Source: a virus. Taken from it: a stretch of DNA of 64,000 nt. Position 1 is the first letter of the stretch, and the number at the start of each line of letters is the position of its first letter. The position numbers were made by a program, and so were the translations under genes. Where the stretch lies: the IMG/VR virus record IMGVR_UViG_3300036770_005890; one strand, written 5' to 3'. The notes beneath the pieces are model-generated. The model did no database searches. It saw nothing but the letters and a program-made list of their open reading frames with translations, and was not told the DNA's origin. Positions 50,647 through 59,408 of the stretch are shown here, in pieces.

Positions 50647-53112
50647 TCAGTCTTCGCCCTTAACCCAGATCCTGCGGACCCGACCACCGATGCGACAGCG
50701 ACGTTGCTTGTGGCCGGAGCGCTTGAGGGAATCGGTGATCGCCATGGTCATCGATGACTGGTCGCGGATCGAGATCTCCAGCCACTTGAAGATATCGGCG
50801 AGGCACCAGTAGACCTGGCCCTGGTGGTAGCCGCTGTGATTGCGCTCCAGGACGCGAGCCAATGGATCATCGACGGGGTTGTCGCGGGTGAAGCAATCCA
50901 CGTACTCGGCAATGTGGGAGAGCTCGTAGCTGGAGAAGGTATGGACCGGGTTATCGAGGTACGCCTGGTAAGCCGCTGACCAGATGGCGTCGCGGTCGGC
51001 CTTAAGGCGGTCAAGGTCGATGATCTTGATCTTGGGGTTCTCGCGGCTCGGAACCTTGCCGGTCACGACGATCGGCATGAAGCGACGGTTGCCGGTGGGA
51101 TCCACCAGGAAGTCGTTGCTGTTGGTGGCACCAGCCAGGACGAAGGCGCGCTGGAAGGATCGTTCGTTCTCGTACTTCCTGGCAGAGCGGTCGTTGCTGA
51201 CCGAGACGATGTTCTTGAGTTCCTCGGTGGTGGCTCGCTTGAAGTAGCGCTCCACCTCATCGAGGACGACAACCCAGCCGCAGTGCAGGACATGGGGCTT
51301 GTCCTTGATGTAGCTGATGCCTTGCTGCATGGTTGTCACCCATGGGTAGCTGCCCGGGTCGTTCGGGCTGGGCGGCGTCAGGTACTGATAGAAGGTTGTC
51401 TTGCCTGCGTTCTGCGGACCGATCAGGACAGGCATCCAGTCATGGGTGCAGCCGGGCTGAAAGACCCGGGCCACAGCACCAATGAGGAAGCGACGCATGA
51501 CCTCGTCGGCGACGAGGTTGCCATTGGGCATGCGTGGATTATCGATTTCATTGGGCGGCAGGCCAAGCAGCTCGGAAGCCAGGCGGTCGAAATAGGGGCA
51601 GGGGGCCGCCGAGGACGCGCAATGCTCGAGGTAACTGCGGACGGGGTGATAGCGGTTCTCGTAGGCAATGATGCTGGCGGTGTCGTGCGTGAGCATCTTT
51701 GGGAGGACGCGCTGCAGCCCCCGAGAGATTCGGACGTAGGCGGTTGTGATGTCGTGGACCTGCTGGGGGTTCTCTTTGGGGCCGAACTCCATCTCCTGGT
51801 TCATGGCATTGAGCCTGAGCCCTGGGTAGAGGCGGGTAAGGCGGGTGCGGATCAGGTCGATCTGGTCTTGGTCGCCGCCCGCTGCAGGCCGTCCGCCCCC
51901 CTGCCGGTCAAAGTTGCCTCGCCCGGCGGCAAGAGGCGGGTTGAACATGTCGTCATCGGCGCCAAGTTCGTCGTCGTCGTCGTCGTAGTCCTCATCGAGC
52001 TCAGGCGCGGCGACGTGCTGAATGCGGGGCGGGGCGTCTACCACTGCGGCGGATGCGCCCTGCTGCTGAACCACGGCGATCCGGGTCCAGGGCCGCTCGG
52101 CATCGAAGAGCGACATGGTCTCCTCGTCGGGCGGCAGCTCCTCGGGTTCGCCAAGGAAGTCCTCATGGGCATAGCCAGCGAAGGCGTCACCGAAGATGCC
52201 GAGCTTGCTTTCGCCGCCGCTGGAGCGGAGTTCCTCAGGCAACTTGTCGCGCCAGTCGGGGTCGTCCTCGCTGGCGAGATAGAACAGGCTGCCGAGTGAT
52301 GTGCCGTTCAGGCCGCGAAAAAATCTCTCTGAGGTCTGGCGGGAGTTCTTGCCTTTGCCGTGGTGGCCGCGCGAGGCCCAGTCGGACCAGGCGGTAAAGA
52401 GCCGGTCCCCGGCCGAACGAGCGGCGGCGGTGACTTTGATGAAGCGGTCTCGCTCGCCGTCGTTGGTGGGTTCGATGATCTGCTCGAGGCAGAAGATCGC
52501 TCGATCAATCGAGACCTCGTCGTAGTCAGCGGTCTGCCGGTCGTAGTGCCGGCGCTGGCGCTCAGCCTCCCGCTCGGCGTCATCGATCAGCTCAAACGGC
52601 AGTACTGCATCCGGCTGCCAAAGCAAATGGATGCACTGGTCATTGCCATAGAACAGGCGGCAGGGGTCTGTGCAGCTCTTGTCGCCACCGAGGGCACGGG
52701 ACAGCAGAGTGACGACGGCCTTGTAGAGGTCAGGATCGTGCAGGCGGGTCGGGAGCCGGAAGGCGACACGGAAGCGGTGCTTGCTTTGTTCGGGCGCGTG
52801 GCTTGCTGTCGTGTAGGCCCAGCAGGCGGAGGGTGCGAGTGGGTGGGCGAGAAAGTCCTCGGTGCTCAGGCCACTGTCGATGTCGACGACGACGAGGTCG
52901 GCTGCATCGAATGCGCTGCTGCTGCGATGCGCGGAGGTCATGCCCGCTGGAATGAAGGCGCCGCCAGCGGCAACGTGTTCTTTGAGGGCTTCGAGGTCGG
53001 CGCTCTGGACCTGCCAGTTAGAGGCGAAGGCTGGATCCCAGTGCTCCGGCTTGTTCTTGATGGCGGGGTGCGTGCAGAAAATCAGCGTCATAGTGCGGGA
53101 CGTGTGAGGCAT
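50647..53112 (-). CDS. bifunctional primase-polymerase / P-loop helicase (VirE/D5-like)
   Basis: N-terminal AEP-type LVVVDIDSG. Walker A LIGPQNAGKTTF, Walker B WVVVLDEVE. Acidic linker EDYDDDDDELGADDD. 821 aa. Confidence 0.8.
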   Translation of the reverse strand: MPHTSRTMTLIFCTHPAIKNKPEHWDPAFASNWQVQSADLEALKEHVAAGGAFIPAGMTSAHRSSSAFDAADLVVVDIDSGLSTEDFLAHPLAPSACWAYTTASHAPEQSKHRFRVAFRLPTRLHDPDLYKAVVTLLSRALGGDKSCTDPCRLFYGNDQCIHLLWQPDAVLPFELIDDAEREAERQRRHYDRQTADYDEVSIDRAIFCLEQIIEPTNDGERDRFIKVTAAARSAGDRLFTAWSDWASRGHHGKGKNSRQTSERFFRGLNGTSLGSLFYLASEDDPDWRDKLPEELRSSGGESKLGIFGDAFAGYAHEDFLGEPEELPPDEETMSLFDAERPWTRIAVVQQQGASAAVVDAPPRIQHVAAPELDEDYDDDDDELGADDDMFNPPLAAGRGNFDRQGGGRPAAGGDQDQIDLIRTRLTRLYPGLRLNAMNQEMEFGPKENPQQVHDITTAYVRISRGLQRVLPKMLTHDTASIIAYENRYHPVRSYLEHCASSAAPCPYFDRLASELLGLPPNEIDNPRMPNGNLVADEVMRRFLIGAVARVFQPGCTHDWMPVLIGPQNAGKTTFYQYLTPPSPNDPGSYPWVTTMQQGISYIKDKPHVLHCGWVVVLDEVERYFKRATTEELKNIVSVSNDRSARKYENERSFQRAFVLAGATNSNDFLVDPTGNRRFMPIVVTGKVPSRENPKIKIIDLDRLKADRDAIWSAAYQAYLDNPVHTFSSYELSHIAEYVDCFTRDNPVDDPLARVLERNHSGYHQGQVYWCLADIFKWLEISIRDQSSMTMAITDSLKRSGHKQRRCRIGGRVRRIWVKGED

Positions 53113-53319
53113 AAATGGCGATTCTGGCGCGCGCCATGCACGCCGTGTCGCACGCAGATGATGCCACGGGCGTCAAGCTGCAGTGTCAAGACTTCGTAAA
53201 AACGCTTGCGGTGCATGGGATCTTGCGTGCCGCCAACCTCGTCGACGTGTCTTACAGTGCCGCGGTCCAGGAATCTGGACTAAATCGAAAGCCTGCCCGT
53301 TTGGTCATTTCAGCGACCT

Positions 53320-53976
53320 ATGGTTGCCGCACTGCAAGCCAAAGCCCGTGAATCGTTTATGGACAGTACATCCGTTCTCAGGGGTCAGGAAGACCAGCTG
53401 CATACAGAGCGCTTCAAGCGAGCGCTGCTGCAAGCTCTGACGCTCAACAACTATTCCCAGCGGGAGCTGAGTGAGCGGATCGGTATAACGATCGGCACCA
53501 TGACGAAATACCTCAAGCAGGTGGTGCCGCCGTTCAAAGTTGGACTGGGTATCCAGCGGCACCTGGCCAAGGAGCTGGGCGTGACCCTCGACGCGTTGGT
53601 GGCGTACTACGAGACCGGCGAGTATCTGACCGGTGTGTCACTCTCGGACGTCGAGAGCTGGATTCGCAGCAGCGCCGGGCAGCAGGACCTGCCTGCCCTG
53701 ATGAAGTCCATGCACGAAGCGGCTCTCAAGATGGCCGGCGATGAGAATGCACCTGCCGCCTCAGCGCCGTACACCTGGCCGATCGAGGCTCTGAAGCAGG
53801 CCGGTGTGAGCGATGCGATCCGCGAACGCTTGGGTCTGACGCTGTCGGCCCTGAATCTGCTCGCCACCGAGGGGGTCTATGACGAGGAGATGGTCGAGGG
53901 TTTCGCCCTGGTGACGGGCTATGCGTCTGATGCAGTGCGGCAAGCGTTTGAGAAGCGGGGGCCAGTGGCTGCCTGA
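53320..53976 (+). CDS. XRE-family helix-turn-helix regulator
   Basis: YSQRELSERIGITIGTMTKYLK HTH. Divergent from the primase gene. The start may be ATG 53359. Confidence 0.6.
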   Translation: MVAALQAKARESFMDSTSVLRGQEDQLHTERFKRALLQALTLNNYSQRELSERIGITIGTMTKYLKQVVPPFKVGLGIQRHLAKELGVTLDALVAYYETGEYLTGVSLSDVESWIRSSAGQQDLPALMKSMHEAALKMAGDENAPAASAPYTWPIEALKQAGVSDAIRERLGLTLSALNLLATEGVYDEEMVEGFALVTGYASDAVRQAFEKRGPVAA

Positions 53977-54006
53977 GCTGCTAGTCTGCAAGACGAGAAA
54001 GGACAA

Positions 54007-54033
54007 AGCTCCCATCGCAGCGGGAGCTTTTTT
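54007..54033 (+). terminator. rho-independent terminator after the XRE regulator
   Basis: AGCTCCC atcgcagc GGGAGCT followed by TTTTTT. Confidence 0.55.
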
Positions 54034-54220
54034 ATGCCTGCTGGCGCTCGTTGATGTAGCGCCGATGCCGGCGGGCGTAGCGGATCTTGGCGTTGTGAAC
54101 GGCATCGCGATACCGGTGATAGCCGACCGTATCGCCCAGGATGTCGGCTGTCGTCATCAGATCCTCGAGCGTGGCCAGGAGCCTGAGCGCTTCGGTGAGG
54201 AGCTGGGTGGAGTCAGTCAT
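54032..54220 (-). CDS. hypothetical protein
   Basis: 62-aa ORF. Confidence 0.35.
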   Translation of the reverse strand: MTDSTQLLTEALRLLATLEDLMTTADILGDTVGYHRYRDAVHNAKIRYARRHRRYINERQQA

Positions 54221-54527
54221 TGCCTTGGAACCACTTTCGTTCTTCCGAGAACCACTCCGCCAAGTTGACGGGGCTCTGCGGTCCGTTGAGATGATTGGCT
54301 GGGTCGGGATCCCCCAGGTCCATGGCTTGCATGAACGCGTCGAGCTCGCTCATCGGTTCATCGCCATGGATGGCCTGCCGTCGCGCACGGCGCAGCATGG
54401 AGTCAACAGTGTGGTTGCTCTTGGCCCACTTCTGGATCCACTGCATGTCCGCCAGCTGAACTTCTTGTCGCTTGGCGATGCGAGCGCAGATAAATTCAGC
54501 CTTAAGGCGAACACGAGTTGACAGCAT
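54213..54527 (-). CDS. hypothetical protein
   Basis: 104-aa ORF. Confidence 0.4.
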   Translation of the reverse strand: MLSTRVRLKAEFICARIAKRQEVQLADMQWIQKWAKSNHTVDSMLRRARRQAIHGDEPMSELDAFMQAMDLGDPDPANHLNGPQSPVNLAEWFSEERKWFQGND

Positions 54528-54551
54528 ATAGATGCCGCTGTTGGTTACAGC

Positions 54552-55319
54552 CTAGGCAGGAACAGCTTCTTGCTCTGCTTGTTCAAGCGCGAGAGCCTCA
54601 AGCTCCTTGAGTTCGCGGTAGTGGCGGACCTTCTGTAGCCAGCGAATGCGAAAGCGTGCAAGCTCGTCGCCGTGGATGAAGAAGTTCTGATCGATCTCGG
54701 GTGTACTGACCAGGATCTGAGCGCAGTCGACGTGCAGACCGAGGGTCTCTTCAACGGCCAGGGCGTAAGCAGCGAGCTGCAAGCCGCATTTGTTCATCTT
54801 GCTCCAGCCAGTGAAGTTGGAGCGATCGGTTTCCTTGGGGAAGTAGCGGCAATAGGGCTGGTTGGAAGTTTTGAAGTCGCCCAGGATGATGACGTTGTTG
54901 CGGACTCCGATCAGGTCGGGGCAGCCGCAGAAGCCGTACTCGTGCGACCAGACGCGAGATATCCCGTCCTCGCCAGTGCAGAATTTCCATTCAGGCTTGA
55001 GCGGCTTTTCGGACCACAGGAAGTAGTCGTAGCGATCGAGATGCTGACTGAGCCCCTCCCAAAATGGGAGGTACGCCTCAGGGACATTAACGGGCAAACC
55101 ACGGATGTAGTTCTCGCAGGCAGCGTGGATGGCCGTACCACGAGCAGCTGCAGCCTCCTTGCCGCCTGGGTTTTTGGCGTTCCAGTTGCTGAGCATCTTC
55201 TTGGCATGGGCTGATGCCGTCTTGCCAAGGATGGTGGTGACCGATGGATAGGCCTTACCTGGCCTATCGGTGGCGTAATGGCGTTCGCCGTTGACCTCAA
55301 AGCGCGTTGGCGCGGGCAT
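54552..55319 (-). CDS. PD-(D/E)XK family exonuclease
   Basis: GTAIHAACE, CPDLIGV...IILGDFKTS and QLAAYALA motifs. TACATT 19 nt upstream of the ATG. Confidence 0.7.
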   Translation of the reverse strand: MPAPTRFEVNGERHYATDRPGKAYPSVTTILGKTASAHAKKMLSNWNAKNPGGKEAAAARGTAIHAACENYIRGLPVNVPEAYLPFWEGLSQHLDRYDYFLWSEKPLKPEWKFCTGEDGISRVWSHEYGFCGCPDLIGVRNNVIILGDFKTSNQPYCRYFPKETDRSNFTGWSKMNKCGLQLAAYALAVEETLGLHVDCAQILVSTPEIDQNFFIHGDELARFRIRWLQKVRHYRELKELEALALEQAEQEAVPA

Positions 55320-55338
55320 GAATCAACAGCTTTGATCC

Positions 55339-55344
55339 AATGTA
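55339..55344 (-). promoter_or_regulatory. -10-like hexamer TACATT, 19 nt before ATG 55319
   Basis: Lies just downstream of the terminator at 55385..55409. Confidence 0.35.
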
Positions 55345-55384
55345 ACGAAGAGCAACTTGTCTGTATCAAAGAGTGCCAAGCAAT

Positions 55385-55409
55385 AGAAAACCCCGGAGGG
55401 CTTCCGGGG
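55385..55409 (-). terminator. rho-independent terminator
   Basis: Minus strand CCCCGGA agccc TCCGGGG followed by TTTTCT. Confidence 0.5.
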
Positions 55410-55610
55410 CGAGCGCGACAATTCTGGAAGCCATGTCGACCTTGCGTTCGGTCAGACAGGAACAACGACCCAGGAGCTACCGAACGTCCTCGACGGGACC
55501 CTTGGCTTGCAGGTGAGAGGCCAGTCGTAGCCCACCGCATAGTCCGAGCAGTGGCTGGCATCAACAGGGAGATCGACAAAGAGCATGCCCAGCTCTATGG
55601 CAATCCAGAA

Positions 55611-55820
55611 CTATTCAATAGTACCGAGCGCTTCGACAGTTAGAGCAGCTGGAGATTGTGTAGAAATTGTGAGTGACCAGCGCATTCCTTCTGCCGTGAT
55701 CTCATAGTGCCTGCCTTCTAGGCCAACGAGCATGCTGTCGAGATCACGTTGAGCGCGACGCTTCTGGCTGGCGAGATCGGTGATCAGCCGCCACTGACGG
55801 AACAAGCGCAGAGGGGTCAT
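55611..55820 (-). CDS. hypothetical protein
   Basis: 69-aa ORF. Confidence 0.35.
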   Translation of the reverse strand: MTPLRLFRQWRLITDLASQKRRAQRDLDSMLVGLEGRHYEITAEGMRWSLTISTQSPAALTVEALGTIE

Positions 55821-56248
55821 GCCTCCTCCTCGGAGTTATCGCGCTGCCAGGGATCATCGAGGAGCTCGAGGGCGTCGCTGAGCACGTCTCGTGCGCCCTG
55901 CTCGCTGCGGTAGGCAGAGAGTTCTTCCAGGAGACGGCGAGCCAGCATGGTGCCGCCCTTCATCATTTCCTCGAGGCCGATGTCGTCGTTCTGGATTTTG
56001 TGCGCCAGGACGGGGCCGAGGATCGAGAGGTAGGCCGAGACGAAAGCATCCGGCAGGTAGCCATTGAAGCTGGCGCCGCCGGAGGTGAAGCCGTTGATCA
56101 GGTAGAGCAAGTCCTGCAGCTGCTGCATGATGTGCTCCTGCTGCTGCAGGCTGCGCTCTTGCAGTTGGTTGTGCCTACGCAGCTCATCGAGAATGAGCTT
56201 GCTGGTGTCAAAGAGGGTCAGGCTGTCCGGGCTGGGTGCTGAGTTCAT
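55817..56248 (-). CDS. hypothetical protein
   Basis: Internal ATG (MNSAPSPDSL...) of track ORF 55817..56329. Confidence 0.4.
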   Translation of the reverse strand: MNSAPSPDSLTLFDTSKLILDELRRHNQLQERSLQQQEHIMQQLQDLLYLINGFTSGGASFNGYLPDAFVSAYLSILGPVLAHKIQNDDIGLEEMMKGGTMLARRLLEELSAYRSEQGARDVLSDALELLDDPWQRDNSEEEA

Positions 56249-56456
56249 GGACGATGACACCGTCGAAGTTGCGGGCGAGAGCCAAGGCACCGCGTTGCGC
56301 CGGGTTGACGTATTGCCACAGGGGTGCAACGACGTCGTAGCCGTAGCGGGCGATCAAAACGCGAACGTCCTCTGACACCCTTGCGGCTTCAAGAGCGTCA
56401 ACGATCTCCTGAGTCGGGTCGGGTTGCAAGAAAGATCGGCTGTGACTGCTCCTCAA
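56208..56456 (-). CDS. hypothetical protein (start uncertain)
   Basis: TTG-initiated track ORF overlapping both neighbours. Confidence 0.3.
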   Translation of the reverse strand: MRSSHSRSFLQPDPTQEIVDALEAARVSEDVRVLIARYGYDVVAPLWQYVNPAQRGALALARNFDGVIVHELSTQPGQPDPL

Positions 56457-56628
56457 TGTACCGGTAGTCGCTCAGTTCGCCCGACTGAGTCAGGAGGTCA
56501 AGGGCTTGGAAGTCGGAGTCGTCTGGAGGGATCTGCCTGGGAGGAATGGCGAGAGCAATGCCGCCTGAATAAGGAATGGAAACAGATGAAATGTTTAAGC
56601 AGGCTTTGTAATAGGCAACAGCAGGCAT
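56398..56628 (-). CDS. hypothetical protein
   Basis: 76-aa ORF. Confidence 0.3.
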   Translation of the reverse strand: MPAVAYYKACLNISSVSIPYSGGIALAIPPRQIPPDDSDFQALDLLTQSGELSDYRYIEEQSQPIFLATRPDSGDR

Positions 56629-56668
56629 GACTCGGATAAATGGTTAGCGTTGGTCAAATTAACGAGGC

Positions 56669-56953
56669 GTGGTGTCCATGATCGAACACCCGGAAGCTGG
56701 CGGTGACGCCAGTTTTGAGCCGACCGTAGGTGAGCAGCTCAGGCTGGCTCAGTTCGTTAACGCCCTAGATAAAGCATCAGAACAGGAGCTCAGAGAGATC
56801 TCAAAGCTGATGGCACAGCAGGTCTTGGTGACCTATCCAGCAGCGATGCGATTCCTAGCCAGTGAAGCCGCAAAGAATATGTCTGGTCACTACTGGAGTG
56901 AACAGCGGTCAGAGCAGCTGTTGCGCGGCTTAACGAAAGGTGCAGCAGAGTGA
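56669..56953 (+). CDS. NblA-like protein candidate (second copy)
   Basis: VGEQLRLAQFVNALDKASEQELREISKLMAQQVLV parallels the NblA pattern. Lone plus-strand gene, followed by a perfect 15-bp hairpin. Confidence 0.4.
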   Translation: MVSMIEHPEAGGDASFEPTVGEQLRLAQFVNALDKASEQELREISKLMAQQVLVTYPAAMRFLASEAAKNMSGHYWSEQRSEQLLRGLTKGAAE

Positions 56954-57024
56954 TGCACCAGTCGCGCGGCTTGGCCTGAGACCATAGCCCGAAGAGCGCT
57001 GCAAATGGTACAAGCCCGATAGCA

Positions 57025-57061
57025 AAAGCCCCTTTATGCAACTAACGCATAAAGGGGCTTT
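57025..57061. terminator. bidirectional terminator hairpin
   Basis: Perfect 15-bp stem AAAGCCCCTTTATGC / GCATAAAGGGGCTTT with a 7-nt loop, between convergent genes. Confidence 0.6.
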
Positions 57062-57080
57062 AAGGAGATGGTAAATAGAC

Positions 57081-57797
57081 TTACCAGCCTTCTGGCATCG
57101 AGGCTGTCGCTACCTCTTGGTCAGCGCCAAGGGCATCGCGATGGGTAGGAGGCAGCCCCTCGGGCCGGCCGTCGGCAGGTTTCCCTGCGAAGGGATCGGC
57201 GCCGTTGTAGAGAGCAGGCAGCCAGATGCCGGGGCCGGATTCAGCCCAACGCTTCTCGTCCGCTTTGGTCGGCGCCTTCAGGGTGGGGGTCAGCAGCCAG
57301 CTGGTGTTCATGTCGCTGCCCTTGCGCTTGATCGTCACGAAGAAATTCGCGACGCCGCTGGGAAGGATGGTGTAGTCCTCCATGGCGAGGATCTCCTCGA
57401 ACTGCTCGCGGATGCCCTTCTTGTCGAGGGTGACGACGATGAAGTCATCGACCTCGCGGCTCAGAGCGGTGAAGCTGAGGAAGTACTTGGGCTTGCTGCG
57501 GTTGGCAGGATCGGCGGGGTCAAGGCCGTTCTGCTTGGCTTCGTAGGTCAGACCGATGTCCTCGAGGTAGTTCTCGGGCCATTTCGGGAAACGCTTGGGC
57601 CGCCCTTCCATCGAGAAGTAGCTGAAGCCGGCAATGACGTGGCCTGTGTCATGCGAACCACAGGGCCGCAGGGTCACGCTCTCGCCGTCTTTGAGGTACT
57701 TGCCGGAGCACTCGAAGTAGCGCTTGGACGACGAGGCGGCGTCGTTGCCTGCGCTGGAGCCGGAAGCCGGACGGTAGTCAGAAGGAAAGAATCCCAT
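57081..57797 (-). CDS. hypothetical protein (replication/recombination module)
   Basis: 238-aa ORF immediately downstream of ssb. Confidence 0.5.
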   Translation of the reverse strand: MGFFPSDYRPASGSSAGNDAASSSKRYFECSGKYLKDGESVTLRPCGSHDTGHVIAGFSYFSMEGRPKRFPKWPENYLEDIGLTYEAKQNGLDPADPANRSKPKYFLSFTALSREVDDFIVVTLDKKGIREQFEEILAMEDYTILPSGVANFFVTIKRKGSDMNTSWLLTPTLKAPTKADEKRWAESGPGIWLPALYNGADPFAGKPADGRPEGLPPTHRDALGADQEVATASMPEGW

Positions 57798-57803
57798 GGG
57801 TGA

Positions 57804-58520
57804 TTACCAGGTGGAGGGCATGTCGAGGTCTTCTGTGAAGTCCGAGTGGCTGTAGCCAACTGCGGAGGTACCAGCAGCGGGGTCCTTGGCCGAACTACTG
57901 CCAGCTCGGCTCTTGTTGTGGACCTTGATCTGGCGGACTTTGAGCTCGGGGTAGGGAGCTCCGTCTCGGTTGCGGCGTTGCTCGAGAACGCCGCTGACGG
58001 AAACGAGTGAGCCTTTATCGGCCTGCTGAAGGCGATCCTTCGAGTAGCCGTAAGCGCGAACACGGAACCAGTCGGTGATCTCCTCCTGGTTGACGTAGCG
58101 GTTGACGGCAACGCTGCGACTCACGCTCTTGGAGGAGGGTGACTCCTTGGCATCGCTGCTGAGGCGGCCCACGATCAGTGTTTCGTTGACGAACTGATCG
58201 GGCTGGGCGTTGCAGAGCGTGCGAATCAAAATGATGGGCTGGTTGCCATCGGTGGAGAGGATCAGATCACCAGAGATGATCAGAAGGTCTCCTTTGCTCT
58301 TGGCAGCGAAACGCTGCGCGGGGCTGGTGCCACTGCGAACACGTAGCAAAAGATTGACGGGTTCGTCTGTAGTGGTTTCGGCGTAGGCCTCGAGGACCTC
58401 TTTGCCGTCAGCAACAGCCGCGACGGGAGAAGCTGCCAGAGCAACGACGATCGTGCAGAAGGACACGTGGGTTGCTTGGGTGCGCTCCAGGCTAACCAGC
58501 AAATTGCGTGTGGCAAGCAA
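57804..58520 (-). CDS. ssb: single-stranded DNA-binding protein
   Basis: OB-fold pattern TDWFRVRAYGYSKDRLQQADKGSLVSVSGVLEQRRNRDG, with a Gly/Ser-rich linker and acidic tail DFTEDLDMPSTW. Confidence 0.6.
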   Translation of the reverse strand: MLATRNLLVSLERTQATHVSFCTIVVALAASPVAAVADGKEVLEAYAETTTDEPVNLLLRVRSGTSPAQRFAAKSKGDLLIISGDLILSTDGNQPIILIRTLCNAQPDQFVNETLIVGRLSSDAKESPSSKSVSRSVAVNRYVNQEEITDWFRVRAYGYSKDRLQQADKGSLVSVSGVLEQRRNRDGAPYPELKVRQIKVHNKSRAGSSSAKDPAAGTSAVGYSHSDFTEDLDMPSTW

Positions 58521-58526
58521 GTTGCA

Positions 58527-59138
58527 CTACTGGGCAAACAGTTCGAGCCAGCTGGGCAGGGGCGGAATGGGCTCCGCTGTTTGCGGCATGACCAGGACAA
58601 CGATGTCACCGCAGTCGCTTTGGATCCGCAGGGGACCGCCGTCGAATGCGCTGAAGACCAGCGACTTTTCGCGCGTACTTAAGACTTTGATCGCCTTCTC
58701 GACATAGTCCGTGGCATAGCGACCAGCGGTATTGCTAGCCACGGGAGTGGCGCCCCAGGTGTCGATGCAGTGGCGCATGATCTTGGCCAGCGGGGGTGGT
58801 GTCGTCTGGCTTTTGGTGATCGGGATCTCCTTGACCTCATTGGCTGCGCTCTTGCGAAACGTGGTGATCAGGGCGGTCTGGTCGCCAATGGTGATCTCGC
58901 GTTCGGCTGTCTTGAGTCCTTTGCAGCTGCGAACGAGTTCAGTGGATGGCAGCAGATAGATCGATTCGTCGCCGCGTCCCTTGCGGTCGTATGCCATGCA
59001 GGCAATCTTGCCGCTGTCGGTTGCTGACACAAAGACGCCGCCACCCGAGCAAGGCGTCAGTGCTACGCCTTGATAGGGGGCGTAGGGGCCTGTGAATTCG
59101 GCAACGATCGCAATGAGCGCCGAGTCAAGAGTCAGCAT
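58527..59138 (-). CDS. hypothetical protein
   Basis: Track ORF 58527..59171. The second ATG (59138) reduces the overlap with the upstream ORF. Confidence 0.45.
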   Translation of the reverse strand: MLTLDSALIAIVAEFTGPYAPYQGVALTPCSGGGVFVSATDSGKIACMAYDRKGRGDESIYLLPSTELVRSCKGLKTAEREITIGDQTALITTFRKSAANEVKEIPITKSQTTPPPLAKIMRHCIDTWGATPVASNTAGRYATDYVEKAIKVLSTREKSLVFSAFDGGPLRIQSDCGDIVVLVMPQTAEPIPPLPSWLELFAQ

Positions 59139-59337
59139 CGTGTGCTGCAGCTTGCAGGGTGACAGATCCATGAAGGGTAGTCACGCGATCAAGCCACCGC
59201 CAGCGGTAAGTCATGTCACGGCTGGCCAGGCTGGCATTGGCGCTTTCGAGTTCAGTGGGCCAAATCGTCGGGTGCCAGTCAGGGCTGAGGGGTTGGTTGG
59301 TGCGGGTATCGATCAGGATGGCGCGGTATCGCTGCAT
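59125..59337 (-). CDS. hypothetical protein
   Basis: 70-aa ORF. TAGGTT 20 nt upstream. Confidence 0.35.
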   Translation of the reverse strand: MQRYRAILIDTRTNQPLSPDWHPTIWPTELESANASLASRDMTYRWRWLDRVTTLHGSVTLQAAAHDADS

Positions 59338-59408
59338 CGTTCTTGGGGTGGACGCTCAACCTAAAAACTCTTAAGAGGCATAACAGATTTCGCCCGACAG
59401 AGCGCTCA

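Noticed and set aside
51283-53199. Plus-strand ORFs 51283..52299 and 52360..53199 opposite the primase-helicase gene
   Set aside because: The minus-strand frame carries the DxD, Walker A and Walker B motifs. The plus-strand frames are G/A/V/R-rich with no motifs.
54911-55579. 222-aa minus-strand ORF overlapping the exonuclease start
   Set aside because: It is out of frame with the motif-bearing exonuclease ORF and runs through the terminator at 55385..55409. A 44-aa ORF (55451..55585) in the gap is possible, but I could not support it.
57117-57803. 228-aa plus-strand ORF opposite 57081..57797
   Set aside because: Antisense G/A/V/L-rich reading. The minus-strand frame is collinear with ssb and has normal composition.
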